Source: Promethearchaeota archaeon (GTDB lineage: Archaea; Asgardarchaeota; Lokiarchaeia; Sigyniarchaeales; SOKP01). Taken from it: a stretch of 64,000 nucleotides of DNA. Shown here piece after piece: positions 49,153 to 59,095 of the stretch. Under the pieces are notes generated by a model, which did not search any database, was not told the origin of the DNA, and was given only the letters and a program-made list of their open reading frames with translations. Location of the stretch: contig JAEOTZ010000018.1 in assembly GCA_016839585.1 (NCBI GenBank), forward strand, positions 32,001-96,000. Reading direction: 5' to 3'. The position numbers and the translations under genes are program-made. Positions within the stretch are counted from its first letter, which is position 1, and each line of letters begins with the position of its first letter.

Positions 49153-50724
49153 TTGAAGCTCAAGACCGACATTTTAATCATAGGTGGAGGGATTGCTGGA
49201 TTAACACTTGCAATTAAACTAGCAGAGTTATCAAAAGATCAAAAGATATTAATCATAACTAAAGAGACTTTAATCGATTGTAATACTTATAATGCCCAAG
49301 GTGGTATTGCATGTGCTTGGGATAAGATGGATTCTGTTGAAAAACATATTCAAGATACATTGCTAGCTGGAGATGGATTATGCGATGAAACGGTAGTAAG
49401 AGAAATAATAGCTCAAGCCCCTGCCAGAATAAATGAATTAATTGAAATGGGTGTGAAGTTTAATAGAAATGAAAATGGAGACTATGATCTTGGAATAGAA
49501 GGAGGTCATTCAAAAAGGAGAATACTTCATGTGAATGATCTTACTGGTCAAGCTATTCAAAGAGCATTGATAGAGAATATAAAGAAATTGGAAAATGTTG
49601 AAGTTAGAGAATATTGGTGCGCTGTAAATCTTTATGTTAAAAATGTTAAATGCTATGGAGCACACGTATTAGAACAAGAAACAGAAGAAATTCACAATAT
49701 TTCAGCGAAAGCTACTATACTAGCAACGGGAGGGGCTGGAAAGATATATTTATATACAACAAATCCAGATATAGCTTCAGGTGATGGAATTGCAATGGCA
49801 TATAGAGCAGGAGCTATGATATCAAACATGGAATTTTATCAATTTCATCCTACTTGTTTATATCATCCTTATGCTAAGTCGCTTCTAATTACAGAAGCGT
49901 TACGTGGAGAAGGGGCTATATTAAAAGATATTAAAGGAAATGAATTTATGGCAAAATACCATCCTTCAAAGGAACTTGCTCCTCGAGATATTGTATCTAG
50001 AGCTATTGATGCTGAATTGAAAAGAACAGGGGATGATTATGTTTATTTAGACATAGCATCTTATAGAAATACAAAATTTATAATAAAACACTTTCCAGGG
50101 ATATATGAAAATTGCTTAAAATTTAATATTGATATCACCAAGGAACCTATTCCTGTTGTACCAGCAGCTCATTATTGTTGTGGAGGAGTAATAGCAAATA
50201 TTGATGGAACAACAGAAGTAAAAAATTTGTTTGTCATTGGTGAAACCGCATGTACAGGTCTTCATGGAAGTAATAGATTAGCAAGTAATTCCCTGCTTGA
50301 AGGCTTAGTTTGTGCTCATGAATGTGCAAATTATATAATAAAAAACATATCTGAGTTAAAGATTAAAGATTTTTCTGAGTGGGAACCTGGGAATGCTATT
50401 CCCTCAAGTGAAGCAGTAGTAATAACACAAAATTGGGATGAAGTAAGAATGATGATGCAAAATTTCGTAGGAGTTGTTAGATCAGACATGCGATTAAAAA
50501 GAGCTCTTAAACGAATGAATATATTTTCAGAAGAAATAGATTACTACTATTGGAACTATAAAGTTGAGAAAAATTTAGTAGAGCTAAGGAATTTATCAAT
50601 GGTTGCCGAACTTTTAATTAGGTGTGCGTTATCTCGGAAGGAAAGTAGAGGAACTCATTTTAATGAAAATCATCCCACTAAAAATTCATTAGCTAGAAAT
50701 TCATATATAAAAAGACCTTGGTAA
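49153..50724 (+). CDS. nadB: L-aspartate oxidase
   Basis: AQGGIA, EGGHSKRRILH, EFYQFHPT, ELAPRD, GLHGSNRLASNSLLE, ESRGTH. Confidence 0.93.
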   Translation: MKLKTDILIIGGGIAGLTLAIKLAELSKDQKILIITKETLIDCNTYNAQGGIACAWDKMDSVEKHIQDTLLAGDGLCDETVVREIIAQAPARINELIEMGVKFNRNENGDYDLGIEGGHSKRRILHVNDLTGQAIQRALIENIKKLENVEVREYWCAVNLYVKNVKCYGAHVLEQETEEIHNISAKATILATGGAGKIYLYTTNPDIASGDGIAMAYRAGAMISNMEFYQFHPTCLYHPYAKSLLITEALRGEGAILKDIKGNEFMAKYHPSKELAPRDIVSRAIDAELKRTGDDYVYLDIASYRNTKFIIKHFPGIYENCLKFNIDITKEPIPVVPAAHYCCGGVIANIDGTTEVKNLFVIGETACTGLHGSNRLASNSLLEGLVCAHECANYIIKNISELKIKDFSEWEPGNAIPSSEAVVITQNWDEVRMMMQNFVGVVRSDMRLKRALKRMNIFSEEIDYYYWNYKVEKNLVELRNLSMVAELLIRCALSRKESRGTHFNENHPTKNSLARNSYIKRPW

Positions 50725-50813
50725 AAACAATTAGCTTTTTGATATCTATAATTTTAAATTATTACTTAAATTAATATTGATAAATTAAATAATTAAGTAG
50801 AAGGAGTCTAATC

Positions 50814-51617
50814 TTGGACATCGGTAAAAATATTAGAATTGAAAGGATAATTAATCGGAAAAGTAAAAGAACAATTATTATTCCTATGGATCATGGATTA
50901 ACTATGGGAACAATTAAAGGGTTGGAAATTTTGGCTGATATGGTTGATAAAGTTGCTTTAGGTGGCGCAAATGCTGTTTTGATGCATTCAGGAATGGTTG
51001 GTGCTGGTCATCGAAAACATGGAAAAGATATTGGTTTGATAATTCATTTATCGGGGGCAACAAATTTAGCACCTGATCCAAATAGAAAAGTATTAGTATG
51101 TTCCGTTGAACGTGCTCTGAAAATGGGAGCTGATGGAGTTTCAATTCACATTAACATTGGCGCAGATGATGAGCCAGAAATGCTTCAAGATGCTTATAAA
51201 GCTGTAGAAGCTTCACGAGAATGGGGAGTTCCTTTACTAGCAATGATGTACCCCAGAGGAAAAAAAATTAAAGATGAAAATGATCCCGAGGTTGTGAATA
51301 TAGCCGTAAGAGCAGGCACAGAGTTAGGAGCTGATATTGTTAAGACAAATTATACTGGTGATATAGATTCATTTAAGCAAATTGTAGATGGAGTTCGTCA
51401 CATACCCGTAATAATTGCTGGTGGACCTAAAATGGATACTATCCCTGAATTATTACTGATGGTGTATGATTCTATTCAGGCAGGAGGTGCTGGTGTAGCC
51501 TTTGGGAGAAATGTATTCCAATCTAAAGATCCTGCGAAATTAGTTAGAGCAATTAGTAACATAGTGCATGATAATTATACCGTTGAGGAAGTTTTAAGAG
51601 AGTATAAATTCGATTAA
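50814..51617 (+). CDS. DhnA-family class I aldolase, most like 2-amino-3,7-dideoxy-D-threo-hept-6-ulosonate synthase (AroA')
   Basis: [45 protein letters not shown]. Confidence 0.85.
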   Translation: MDIGKNIRIERIINRKSKRTIIIPMDHGLTMGTIKGLEILADMVDKVALGGANAVLMHSGMVGAGHRKHGKDIGLIIHLSGATNLAPDPNRKVLVCSVERALKMGADGVSIHINIGADDEPEMLQDAYKAVEASREWGVPLLAMMYPRGKKIKDENDPEVVNIAVRAGTELGADIVKTNYTGDIDSFKQIVDGVRHIPVIIAGGPKMDTIPELLLMVYDSIQAGGAGVAFGRNVFQSKDPAKLVRAISNIVHDNYTVEEVLREYKFD

Positions 51618-51638
51618 AAAATATAAATTTCTATAATT

Positions 51639-52916
51639 ATGAAATACGAAAAGATTTATCCTCATTTTCTTAAAAAGATTGAAAATAAAGAAGGTAATAT
51701 TCTTGATAAGGAAAAAGAATTAAGGATAATAATCTCATTTGAGGATATTTTAAAGCGAGATACTTTTCTTTCAAAACACACAAATCTTAGAATTTTGAAA
51801 ACTTTCGATATTATTCCTTCAATAAATTTGCATCTAACATTTGAACAAATAAAAAGCTTAGAAAAAGAGGAGCTAATAAAAATTATTGAAGAGGATCAAA
51901 GAATCTATCTTTCTATTCTGGAGGTTAATGATATCTTAGATTTAAGTGAATATAGAACATCTCAAATATCTTATACAGGAAAAAATGTTAAAATAGGAAT
52001 AATCGATAATGGAATTAATAAGACATATGATTCGATATATGATATTGATTTAGATGAGTTCGATTTTATAGAGGAAAAGGTAAGTGTAGTCTCAAAAAAG
52101 ACAGATGTATCACATGGAACAATAATAGCAAGTATAATTGGCAATCATTTTAAAGATAGTTATTATAGCTTTTTAGGAATTGCTCCTAATGCAAAATTTA
52201 TTGATTTCAATATATCAGTCTCTAATAATAAATATTATTTTTCTAATATCTTGGAAATTTTCGATTTAATAAATTCACAGTCCATTAAAATTGATATTCT
52301 TTTAATCTCTTTTACTACTTTACATCCATCTGATGGAAATGATATAGTATCTCTAGCCTGTGATTTGTTAGTTGATAAAGGAATTATAATTGTGTGCCCT
52401 GCTGGAAATTTTGGACCAGAATCTTATAGTATTGGAAGCCCTAGTGCTGCTAAAAAGGTAATAACTGTTGGGAGTCTTACAAAAAATTTAGAGATCTCTA
52501 ATTTTAGTAGTAGAGGACCAACTTTAGATGAACGATTAAAACCTGATTTTTGTTTACCAGGCTCAAATATAGAAGTTCCGTTATCAAAGGAATTAGGGAT
52601 AAGAGTATCTGGTACAAGTGTTTCTGCGGCATTTTGTGTTGGAATTATTGCTTTATTGAAAGAATTTAACCCAAATGCATCATATAATGAAATTTTAAAT
52701 CTTATGCAAAAAGCGAGCTCAGATTTAAGTTATGAACAGAACTCTCAAGGACATGGAATTATTAATATTATTAATATTTTTAAAAATTTAGACTTATATC
52801 AAGAAAAAGTTCTTCCTTATAAATATCTAATAAAAAGATCTTTCAAATTTACAATTGAATTTATTTTAATTCTGATCCTCTTTTATTATATATTTTATTT
52901 CTTCAATTCATTATAA
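51639..52916 (+). CDS. S8 subtilisin-like serine peptidase with C-terminal TM
   Basis: IIDNG (Asp), SHGT (His), AGN, SGTS (Ser); propeptide-like N-terminus; hydrophobic tail. Confidence 0.85.
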   Translation: MKYEKIYPHFLKKIENKEGNILDKEKELRIIISFEDILKRDTFLSKHTNLRILKTFDIIPSINLHLTFEQIKSLEKEELIKIIEEDQRIYLSILEVNDILDLSEYRTSQISYTGKNVKIGIIDNGINKTYDSIYDIDLDEFDFIEEKVSVVSKKTDVSHGTIIASIIGNHFKDSYYSFLGIAPNAKFIDFNISVSNNKYYFSNILEIFDLINSQSIKIDILLISFTTLHPSDGNDIVSLACDLLVDKGIIIVCPAGNFGPESYSIGSPSAAKKVITVGSLTKNLEISNFSSRGPTLDERLKPDFCLPGSNIEVPLSKELGIRVSGTSVSAAFCVGIIALLKEFNPNASYNEILNLMQKASSDLSYEQNSQGHGIINIINIFKNLDLYQEKVLPYKYLIKRSFKFTIEFILILILFYYIFYFFNSL

Positions 52917-52946
52917 AGGTCATATATTATAAAAGAGGGAACAAAA

Positions 52947-53477
52947 ATATTTCCAATCTTTCACGTAGCACTTCCATTGATTATCTTTGAAATCCCTCAA
53001 ATAAAGAAATTTAATCTTAATAGATATTCATTAATAATTGGTTCATTATTACCAGATTTAATTGATAAACCTTTATTATTTTTAGGTTTGGGAGCAGGTA
53101 GATTTCTATCACATTCCTTAATATTTATTTTTATTATCTTTTTAATTATTTTTGGAATTACTAAAGGAAATGAAAAAGTTTCTTTACCACTTTTAATTGG
53201 AATGATTTTTCATGTTATATTAGATCTTCCCGATGTTCCATTACTTTTTCCTTTTATCTCCTTTGAATATATAGTTCTAGAAGACCCCTTTTCAGTTTGG
53301 ATTACTGCTTTGTTAACAAATACTATAGTGATAATAACTGAAATTACTGGAATTCTATTTATTGTATTTATTTTAATAAGAAATAAATTATACCATATAA
53401 AAGATATTACAAATTATTTAAAAGGCATTAATCAACCATTAATTAAGAGGACCAAAGAAAAAGATATAAATATCTAA
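52947..53477 (+). CDS. Membrane metal-dependent hydrolase (YdjM/DUF457-like), likely starting upstream of the called TTG
   Basis: GSLLPDLIDKP, RFLSHS, HVILD; the in-frame upstream extension IFPIFHVALP supplies the N-terminal His. Confidence 0.75.
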   Translation: MFPIFHVALPLIIFEIPQIKKFNLNRYSLIIGSLLPDLIDKPLLFLGLGAGRFLSHSLIFIFIIFLIIFGITKGNEKVSLPLLIGMIFHVILDLPDVPLLFPFISFEYIVLEDPFSVWITALLTNTIVIITEITGILFIVFILIRNKLYHIKDITNYLKGINQPLIKRTKEKDINI

Positions 53478-53574
53478 CTTTAAAAAATTTTCATTTTTAA
53501 ATCTCAAAATTAATAGTTTAATAACTTGCATATGAAATATTTAATACGTAACTCATTAATCTTTAAATAGTAGA

Positions 53575-54312
53575 ATGAATCAAAACAAACCACTTCATGT
53601 AATTGTTGATAATAGAGAGCAAAAATTAATGGCTCTATTAGATAAAAAAAAAGATATAATAACTTATGAATCAAAACAATTGGATATTGCTGATATAGTT
53701 ATTTCGGAAGATATTGCTATTGAAAGAAAAGAAGGTTTCGATTTTATTGCTTCTATAATGGATAATCGATTATTTGAACAGGTATTACGTTTAAAAGACA
53801 CATATGCAGATCCCATCTTAATCCTTGAAGGATTGAATGATAAAGTGTTTGAAAACACAGGTATGAATATTAAATCTATTTATGGGGCACTTTCATTTAT
53901 TTCATATAAATTGGGGATTTCTGTTATTCCTACAAGAAATATTGAAGATACTGCGATTGTTATTGAAAGAATTGCACATAGAGAACAAGTAAAAGATAGT
54001 ACGCCAATATTTTCAAGAAAAGCTCCTAAAGAGATGTCAAAAAACGAGAGAAGAACTTTTATTATAGAAGGATTGGTAGATATAGGTCCAAAAAAAGCGA
54101 GAGCATTAATTGAAAAATTCAAAACTCCATACCAAGTTTTTAAAGCAATTAAACGTACAGAGATAACTTACACGAGAACAGGACGAATTAAAGGGATAAA
54201 AGGTCCGCTGGAGGATTTAACCGGATTTGGACCTATGTTTATCGAAAAAAATCAAAAACTTCTATTTAGTAAAAAGAAAAAAGATCCTCAAAAAAAGATC
54301 AATCAATTTTAA
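53575..54312 (+). CDS. ERCC4/XPF-Mus81 family structure-specific nuclease (short form with HhH)
   Basis: IVDNRE, ADIVI, IERK, RLFEQ, LILEG, GPKKA HhH. Confidence 0.88.
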   Translation: MNQNKPLHVIVDNREQKLMALLDKKKDIITYESKQLDIADIVISEDIAIERKEGFDFIASIMDNRLFEQVLRLKDTYADPILILEGLNDKVFENTGMNIKSIYGALSFISYKLGISVIPTRNIEDTAIVIERIAHREQVKDSTPIFSRKAPKEMSKNERRTFIIEGLVDIGPKKARALIEKFKTPYQVFKAIKRTEITYTRTGRIKGIKGPLEDLTGFGPMFIEKNQKLLFSKKKKDPQKKINQF

Positions 54313-54515
54313 TTAGTGTTAGGCAGAATTTCTTCTTCTATTTTGACTAATATTTACATTCCATTTCCAATTCTAAAAAGAAAGATAAAAAAATAAATTC
54401 AAAATGTTTTGTAAGTTCTTAAAAATTTGATTCAACATTTAAATAACTTGATTCAATACTATCTTAAACCTTAATTCAATTAACATTTATTACTAATCAA
54501 TTTCAGGTAGTTCTT

Positions 54516-56015
54516 TTGAAAAATTATGATGTAATCTTCATTCATCCACCTAGATTATTACAACCTGATTATGGTAAAAATATTAAATTTAGACGAGGTT
54601 CATTTATTTTCATCCCAATGGGTGTTTTTGCTATTGCTGATTTCCTTGAGAGAGAGGGTTTTGGAGTTAGAATAATAAATTATCCTTTAGAGCAATATTT
54701 AAATTATGATTGGAAATTAGAGGATTTCCTTAAGAATATTAATTTTGATGTATGTGCAATAGATTTACATTGGATACATAATGCACATGGAGCTATTGAA
54801 GTTGCTAAAATCGTAAAAGATGTAAATCCAAATGCAAAAGTGGTGCTTGGAGGTTTTAGTGCTTCATATTACCATGATCAAATTTTAAAATATTATGAAG
54901 AAATTGATGGAGTAATTAGAGGAGAAGGAGAAATTCCACTTTTAAAATATGTTCAAAATATTTATAAAAATCGATCTTTAGATTCCAATCCCAATTTATC
55001 TTATCGAGATCACTCTAAACAGATAAAAGTAAACTCTCTTTCCTACACAGCAAAAACTTTGGACAATTTGAATTTTACAAATGTATCTCTCCTGAAAAAT
55101 GCAAAACAATATTTTCAGTATAGTAGAAAGCTTATGGGGATCTCTTTCAATCTTCCCATTGGAAGAGGTTGTCCATTTAATTGTCCTTTTTGTGCGGGAG
55201 GACAGAGAGCTCAAAAAAGTTTGGTTGGCCGAGATAACGTCGTTCTTAGAAGTCCAGAAAAAGTTATAGAAGATATCAACGAAATTTTCTATAAATATAA
55301 AGTTCCAAGTATCTTTTTTGGACATGGTACCTACCCTGCAAATATAAAATATTGGAAAAAACTATTTAGGTTGATTCAAAAAGAAAAACTCGATATTAGT
55401 GGAGATTTAGAGATATGGAGGCTACCATTTCCTAAAGAGATGTGGGAAATATTTTATAAGACTTTCAATAGCAGTTATTCATCAATTAGTATTTCACCTC
55501 GAACAATGTCAACTAAAGTTCATAAAAAAATCGCTAAAATTTGTGATCCGACATTTAAATTTCCTGAAAGCCAAATTAATGATTTAATAAAAAATGCGAA
55601 TTTATACCAAATAATATTACGAATTTGGTTAACAATTGGTTTTCCATTCCAAACTCGGTTTGATATTCTTAAGGATTTTACCTTTGCGATGAAATGTCTT
55701 TTAAAATATGGAAAATCCAATCTTAAGCCAATTACAATTATGAGCGAACCATATCACATCTTCCCCGGTTCTCCTGCCCATGAATCTCCTGAGAGCTTCG
55801 GAATAAAATTAAAATATCATTCTTTTCCAGAGGTTGCTGAAGCTTTTAAACGAGCTAAAATATCTTTTTTTTATAATGTAATAAATTATGATACGGAATA
55901 TTTATCTCAAGTTTCTATTCGTAATTTTAATTTGTTATTATCTTTAAGCACTGCGCTCATGTTTTTAACAACGGGTTCGAAATATCCTAACGTGAGCGAA
56001 AAATCCAAAATTTAA
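54516..56015 (+). CDS. B12-binding domain radical SAM protein
   Basis: VVLGG, RGEGE, GRGCPFNCPFC. Confidence 0.88.
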   Translation: MKNYDVIFIHPPRLLQPDYGKNIKFRRGSFIFIPMGVFAIADFLEREGFGVRIINYPLEQYLNYDWKLEDFLKNINFDVCAIDLHWIHNAHGAIEVAKIVKDVNPNAKVVLGGFSASYYHDQILKYYEEIDGVIRGEGEIPLLKYVQNIYKNRSLDSNPNLSYRDHSKQIKVNSLSYTAKTLDNLNFTNVSLLKNAKQYFQYSRKLMGISFNLPIGRGCPFNCPFCAGGQRAQKSLVGRDNVVLRSPEKVIEDINEIFYKYKVPSIFFGHGTYPANIKYWKKLFRLIQKEKLDISGDLEIWRLPFPKEMWEIFYKTFNSSYSSISISPRTMSTKVHKKIAKICDPTFKFPESQINDLIKNANLYQIILRIWLTIGFPFQTRFDILKDFTFAMKCLLKYGKSNLKPITIMSEPYHIFPGSPAHESPESFGIKLKYHSFPEVAEAFKRAKISFFYNVINYDTEYLSQVSIRNFNLLLSLSTALMFLTTGSKYPNVSEKSKI

Positions 56016-56093
56016 ATATAGCACTCCCAGCTAAAGAAATTTTGGGTAAAAAATAATATAAAGAAAAAATATAGATTTTCATTAGTCTAATTT

Positions 56094-57353
56094 TTATATT
56101 AATCTCATAAATCTTCGAATTTGTGATTGAATGAGAAGTAATTGAATGTTTCTTGCACCCCCAATAACCTCCTCAATTTTACTTACATCCGTCAATTCAT
56201 CTATTGGAGTATTATCTGTTACTGAAACTCCACCACAGTGTTGTTGAACTTCATAACAGATATCATGTGTTAGTTTAGATACATAATACTTACCTTGAGA
56301 AGATATTGAAGCAACCCATTTTTCAGCTTCTTTTGAAGGCTTTTCTGCAAATAGGATTTGATCATCATAAATTGTGGCTGCTTGTAAGGCTAATGATGTT
56401 GCTGCTGTAGCTTTAGTTAATAAATCTGCTAATCCATATCCTACTCCCTGGTATCTAATTACAGGCTTACCAAACTGTTGTCTTAAGTTAGTATAAATTA
56501 TACCATTAATTAATCCACTCCAACAGATACCTATCCCTGAACCCATAATACTTAAACGCTCTGGAACTAAGCCTTCAAACAATCTTACATATCCAAGTCC
56601 GTTATCCGCTAATACATATTCCATTGGAACTTTAACATTATCTAATATTGTATGTGCAATATGAACTCGAGGAACAGAATTAATCTTCAAACGTTCAGTT
56701 TTTACACCGAACTTGCTGGCGATCATTCCTTGAACCATAGTATCTCTAGGATTTGCTTCATCATAAACTCCATAGCAACAAAAATAATCTGCGCTAGGGC
56801 CATTTGTTGTAAATACTTTTTCTCCATTAAAAATGACGCCATCATCTGTTTTTGTACAAATTGTAGTCAAGTTTACAGCATCAGAACCTCTTTCAGGTTC
56901 GGTTATCCCAATACAACCAACTTTTTGTCCAGATAGTAATTCATCTTGTACTTTATATATTGTATCTCCCGTACCTCCATAATGATAATAGTGAAAGGTG
57001 GGGTTCGCACATAGAATCCCACTTGCAACTCGCCCTAATTCTAATTGAGGGTCTAAAAAAGAAATATGAGTACCTAATAGAATTTCTTTTTTCATTCCAT
57101 ACGGTTTAAAATCCTTCCACTCATTAATTCTTTGCATATATCCTTTTTTCCCTAATTCAGGAAATAGAACATACACATCTTTGGACTTATCTATTTTTGG
57201 TTGTAAATCTATACAAAATTGTTGTAACTCTATACAATATTCCCGTTCTTCTTCATTTAACATAGGAAAAACATTGTCATTAAAGATTTTGAAGATATTT
57301 TCTAACGACATTTTTGCAAGAATTTCATCATTGATTATTTTCTCTTGAAACAT
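56094..57353 (-). CDS. Acyl-CoA dehydrogenase
   Basis: GITEPERGSDA, NGEKVFTTN, RQQFGKP, QHCGG, EVIGG. Confidence 0.9.
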   Translation of the reverse strand: MFQEKIINDEILAKMSLENIFKIFNDNVFPMLNEEEREYCIELQQFCIDLQPKIDKSKDVYVLFPELGKKGYMQRINEWKDFKPYGMKKEILLGTHISFLDPQLELGRVASGILCANPTFHYYHYGGTGDTIYKVQDELLSGQKVGCIGITEPERGSDAVNLTTICTKTDDGVIFNGEKVFTTNGPSADYFCCYGVYDEANPRDTMVQGMIASKFGVKTERLKINSVPRVHIAHTILDNVKVPMEYVLADNGLGYVRLFEGLVPERLSIMGSGIGICWSGLINGIIYTNLRQQFGKPVIRYQGVGYGLADLLTKATAATSLALQAATIYDDQILFAEKPSKEAEKWVASISSQGKYYVSKLTHDICYEVQQHCGGVSVTDNTPIDELTDVSKIEEVIGGARNIQLLLIQSQIRRFMRLI

Positions 57354-57474
57354 TTTTTCGTCAATTCTAATAGTGTTTTTTATAATTTGAAAGAAAATAT
57401 ATTAATTAGTTTAAATTTTTTATTGCAATTAAATTTTAGATATTGATAAAAATTAGTTAAATCAAAAAAAGGAT

Positions 57475-58239
57475 TTAATTTTTAGTATCTACAGTTTCGA
57501 TTATTTTACCATCTCGCATTTTTAGTATTCTTTCAGCAAGAGCACCAACCATAGGGTCGTGGCTTACCATTAAAATCGTTTGATTAAGCTCCAAATTAAG
57601 TTCTCGTAGTAATTTAACAATCTCCATCCCCATTTTTGTATCAAGTTCTCCTGTTGGCTCATCAGCAATTAATATAGAAGGCTCATTACATAATGCTCGT
57701 GCAATTGCAACTCTTTGTTGTTCTCCCCCTGAAAGCTCTGATGGTAGGTGATCTTTCTTGTCACTTAGACCTACAAGATCGAGGAATTTATTAACATTTT
57801 TTTCTATTTCCTGTTTAGTCCTAGCAGCAAATAACATTGGTAGTTCAACATTCTCATAAGCTGAAAGAACAGGTACTAGATTATAAAACTGAAAAATGAA
57901 TCCTATTTCCTTAAGTCTTAAATTTGTCCGTTGTTTATCATCCATATGAGCTATATTTGTTCTATTGATGTATACCGCACCACTTGTAGGATTATCCAGT
58001 GCTCCAATCATATTTAAAAGGGTAGTTTTTCCAGAACCTGAAGGTCCCATAACTGATACAAATTCACCCTTCTTAATATCTATACTAACACCATTTAAGG
58101 CCCTAATTTCAATCCCTTCGGTGATATTATAAATTTTAGTTAAATCAAAAGTTTGAATCATCGCATTAGGGTCTAATTCATAATCTTTTGGCTCCTGAAA
58201 TACTAAACCTTGTTGTTTACTCTTTTTGGCTTTTCTCAT
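57475..58239 (-). CDS. ABC transporter ATP-binding protein (LolD/MacB-type)
   Basis: GPSGSGKT, LSGGEQQR, ADEPTGELD. Confidence 0.92.
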   Translation of the reverse strand: MRKAKKSKQQGLVFQEPKDYELDPNAMIQTFDLTKIYNITEGIEIRALNGVSIDIKKGEFVSVMGPSGSGKTTLLNMIGALDNPTSGAVYINRTNIAHMDDKQRTNLRLKEIGFIFQFYNLVPVLSAYENVELPMLFAARTKQEIEKNVNKFLDLVGLSDKKDHLPSELSGGEQQRVAIARALCNEPSILIADEPTGELDTKMGMEIVKLLRELNLELNQTILMVSHDPMVGALAERILKMRDGKIIETVDTKN

Positions 58240-58257
58240 TTTTTATATACCTCTGAA

Positions 58258-59070
58258 TTAGAATTTATAGATTTCTTCAATTGATTTTCCACCAGTCTTT
58301 TCACCAGTAAATTCACCATCAGTAAGAGTAATAACCCTATCTGCCACTTCTGCTATTCTTACATTATGGGTAACCATTAAAATTGATTCTCCAGCTTTCT
58401 TTAAGTTGAGAAAAATTTTCATAATATTTGTTGTTGTCTCCGTATCTAGTTCACCTGTAGGCTCATCAGCAAGAATGATAAGAGGTTCGTTAACTAAAGC
58501 TCTAGCTATAGTTACTCTTTGTTGCTCTCCACCGGACATCTGTGTGGGTAAATGTTCCATACGCTCCGTAAGTCCAATTCTTTTTAAAAGGCTTTTAACT
58601 TTTTCTTCTCTTACTTTAGAATCCTTTTTATCAATCACCATTGGAAGCTCTACATTCTCGTAAGCTGTAAGAATTGGAAAAAGATTATAGAACTGAAAAA
58701 TTAATCCTATCTTTCTCAATCGCATTTTTTTATGTTGTTTATTGGTCATTTGTGTAACATCAAGTCCCATCCCCTTAGCATCAACATTATATATAATCTT
58801 ACCTGAATCTGGAAAGTCAAGAGCACCTAAGCAATTTATTAGAGTTGTTTTTCCTGCACCAGATGGACCAACTACTGCAATAAATTCACCTTTCTTAATT
58901 GTAAGATTTACGTTATTGAGGGCTGTGATTGTTGAATTACCTACCGTATAAGTTTTAATAAGATCATGCACTTCTAGAACGATATTAGGATCTATCCTCA
59001 CTGCTCTTGCTGTAGATCTTTGTTGTTTATTCATCCTCACTTTTTTCTTTTTAGTCGATATTTTTAACAC
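58258..59070 (-). CDS. ABC transporter ATP-binding protein (LolD/MacB-type)
   Basis: GPSGAGKT, MSGGEQQR, ADEPTGELD. Confidence 0.92.
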   Translation of the reverse strand: MLKISTKKKKVRMNKQQRSTARAVRIDPNIVLEVHDLIKTYTVGNSTITALNNVNLTIKKGEFIAVVGPSGAGKTTLINCLGALDFPDSGKIIYNVDAKGMGLDVTQMTNKQHKKMRLRKIGLIFQFYNLFPILTAYENVELPMVIDKKDSKVREEKVKSLLKRIGLTERMEHLPTQMSGGEQQRVTIARALVNEPLIILADEPTGELDTETTTNIMKIFLNLKKAGESILMVTHNVRIAEVADRVITLTDGEFTGEKTGGKSIEEIYKF

Positions 59071-59095
59071 CTTCTTTTATATTATATTATTATAA

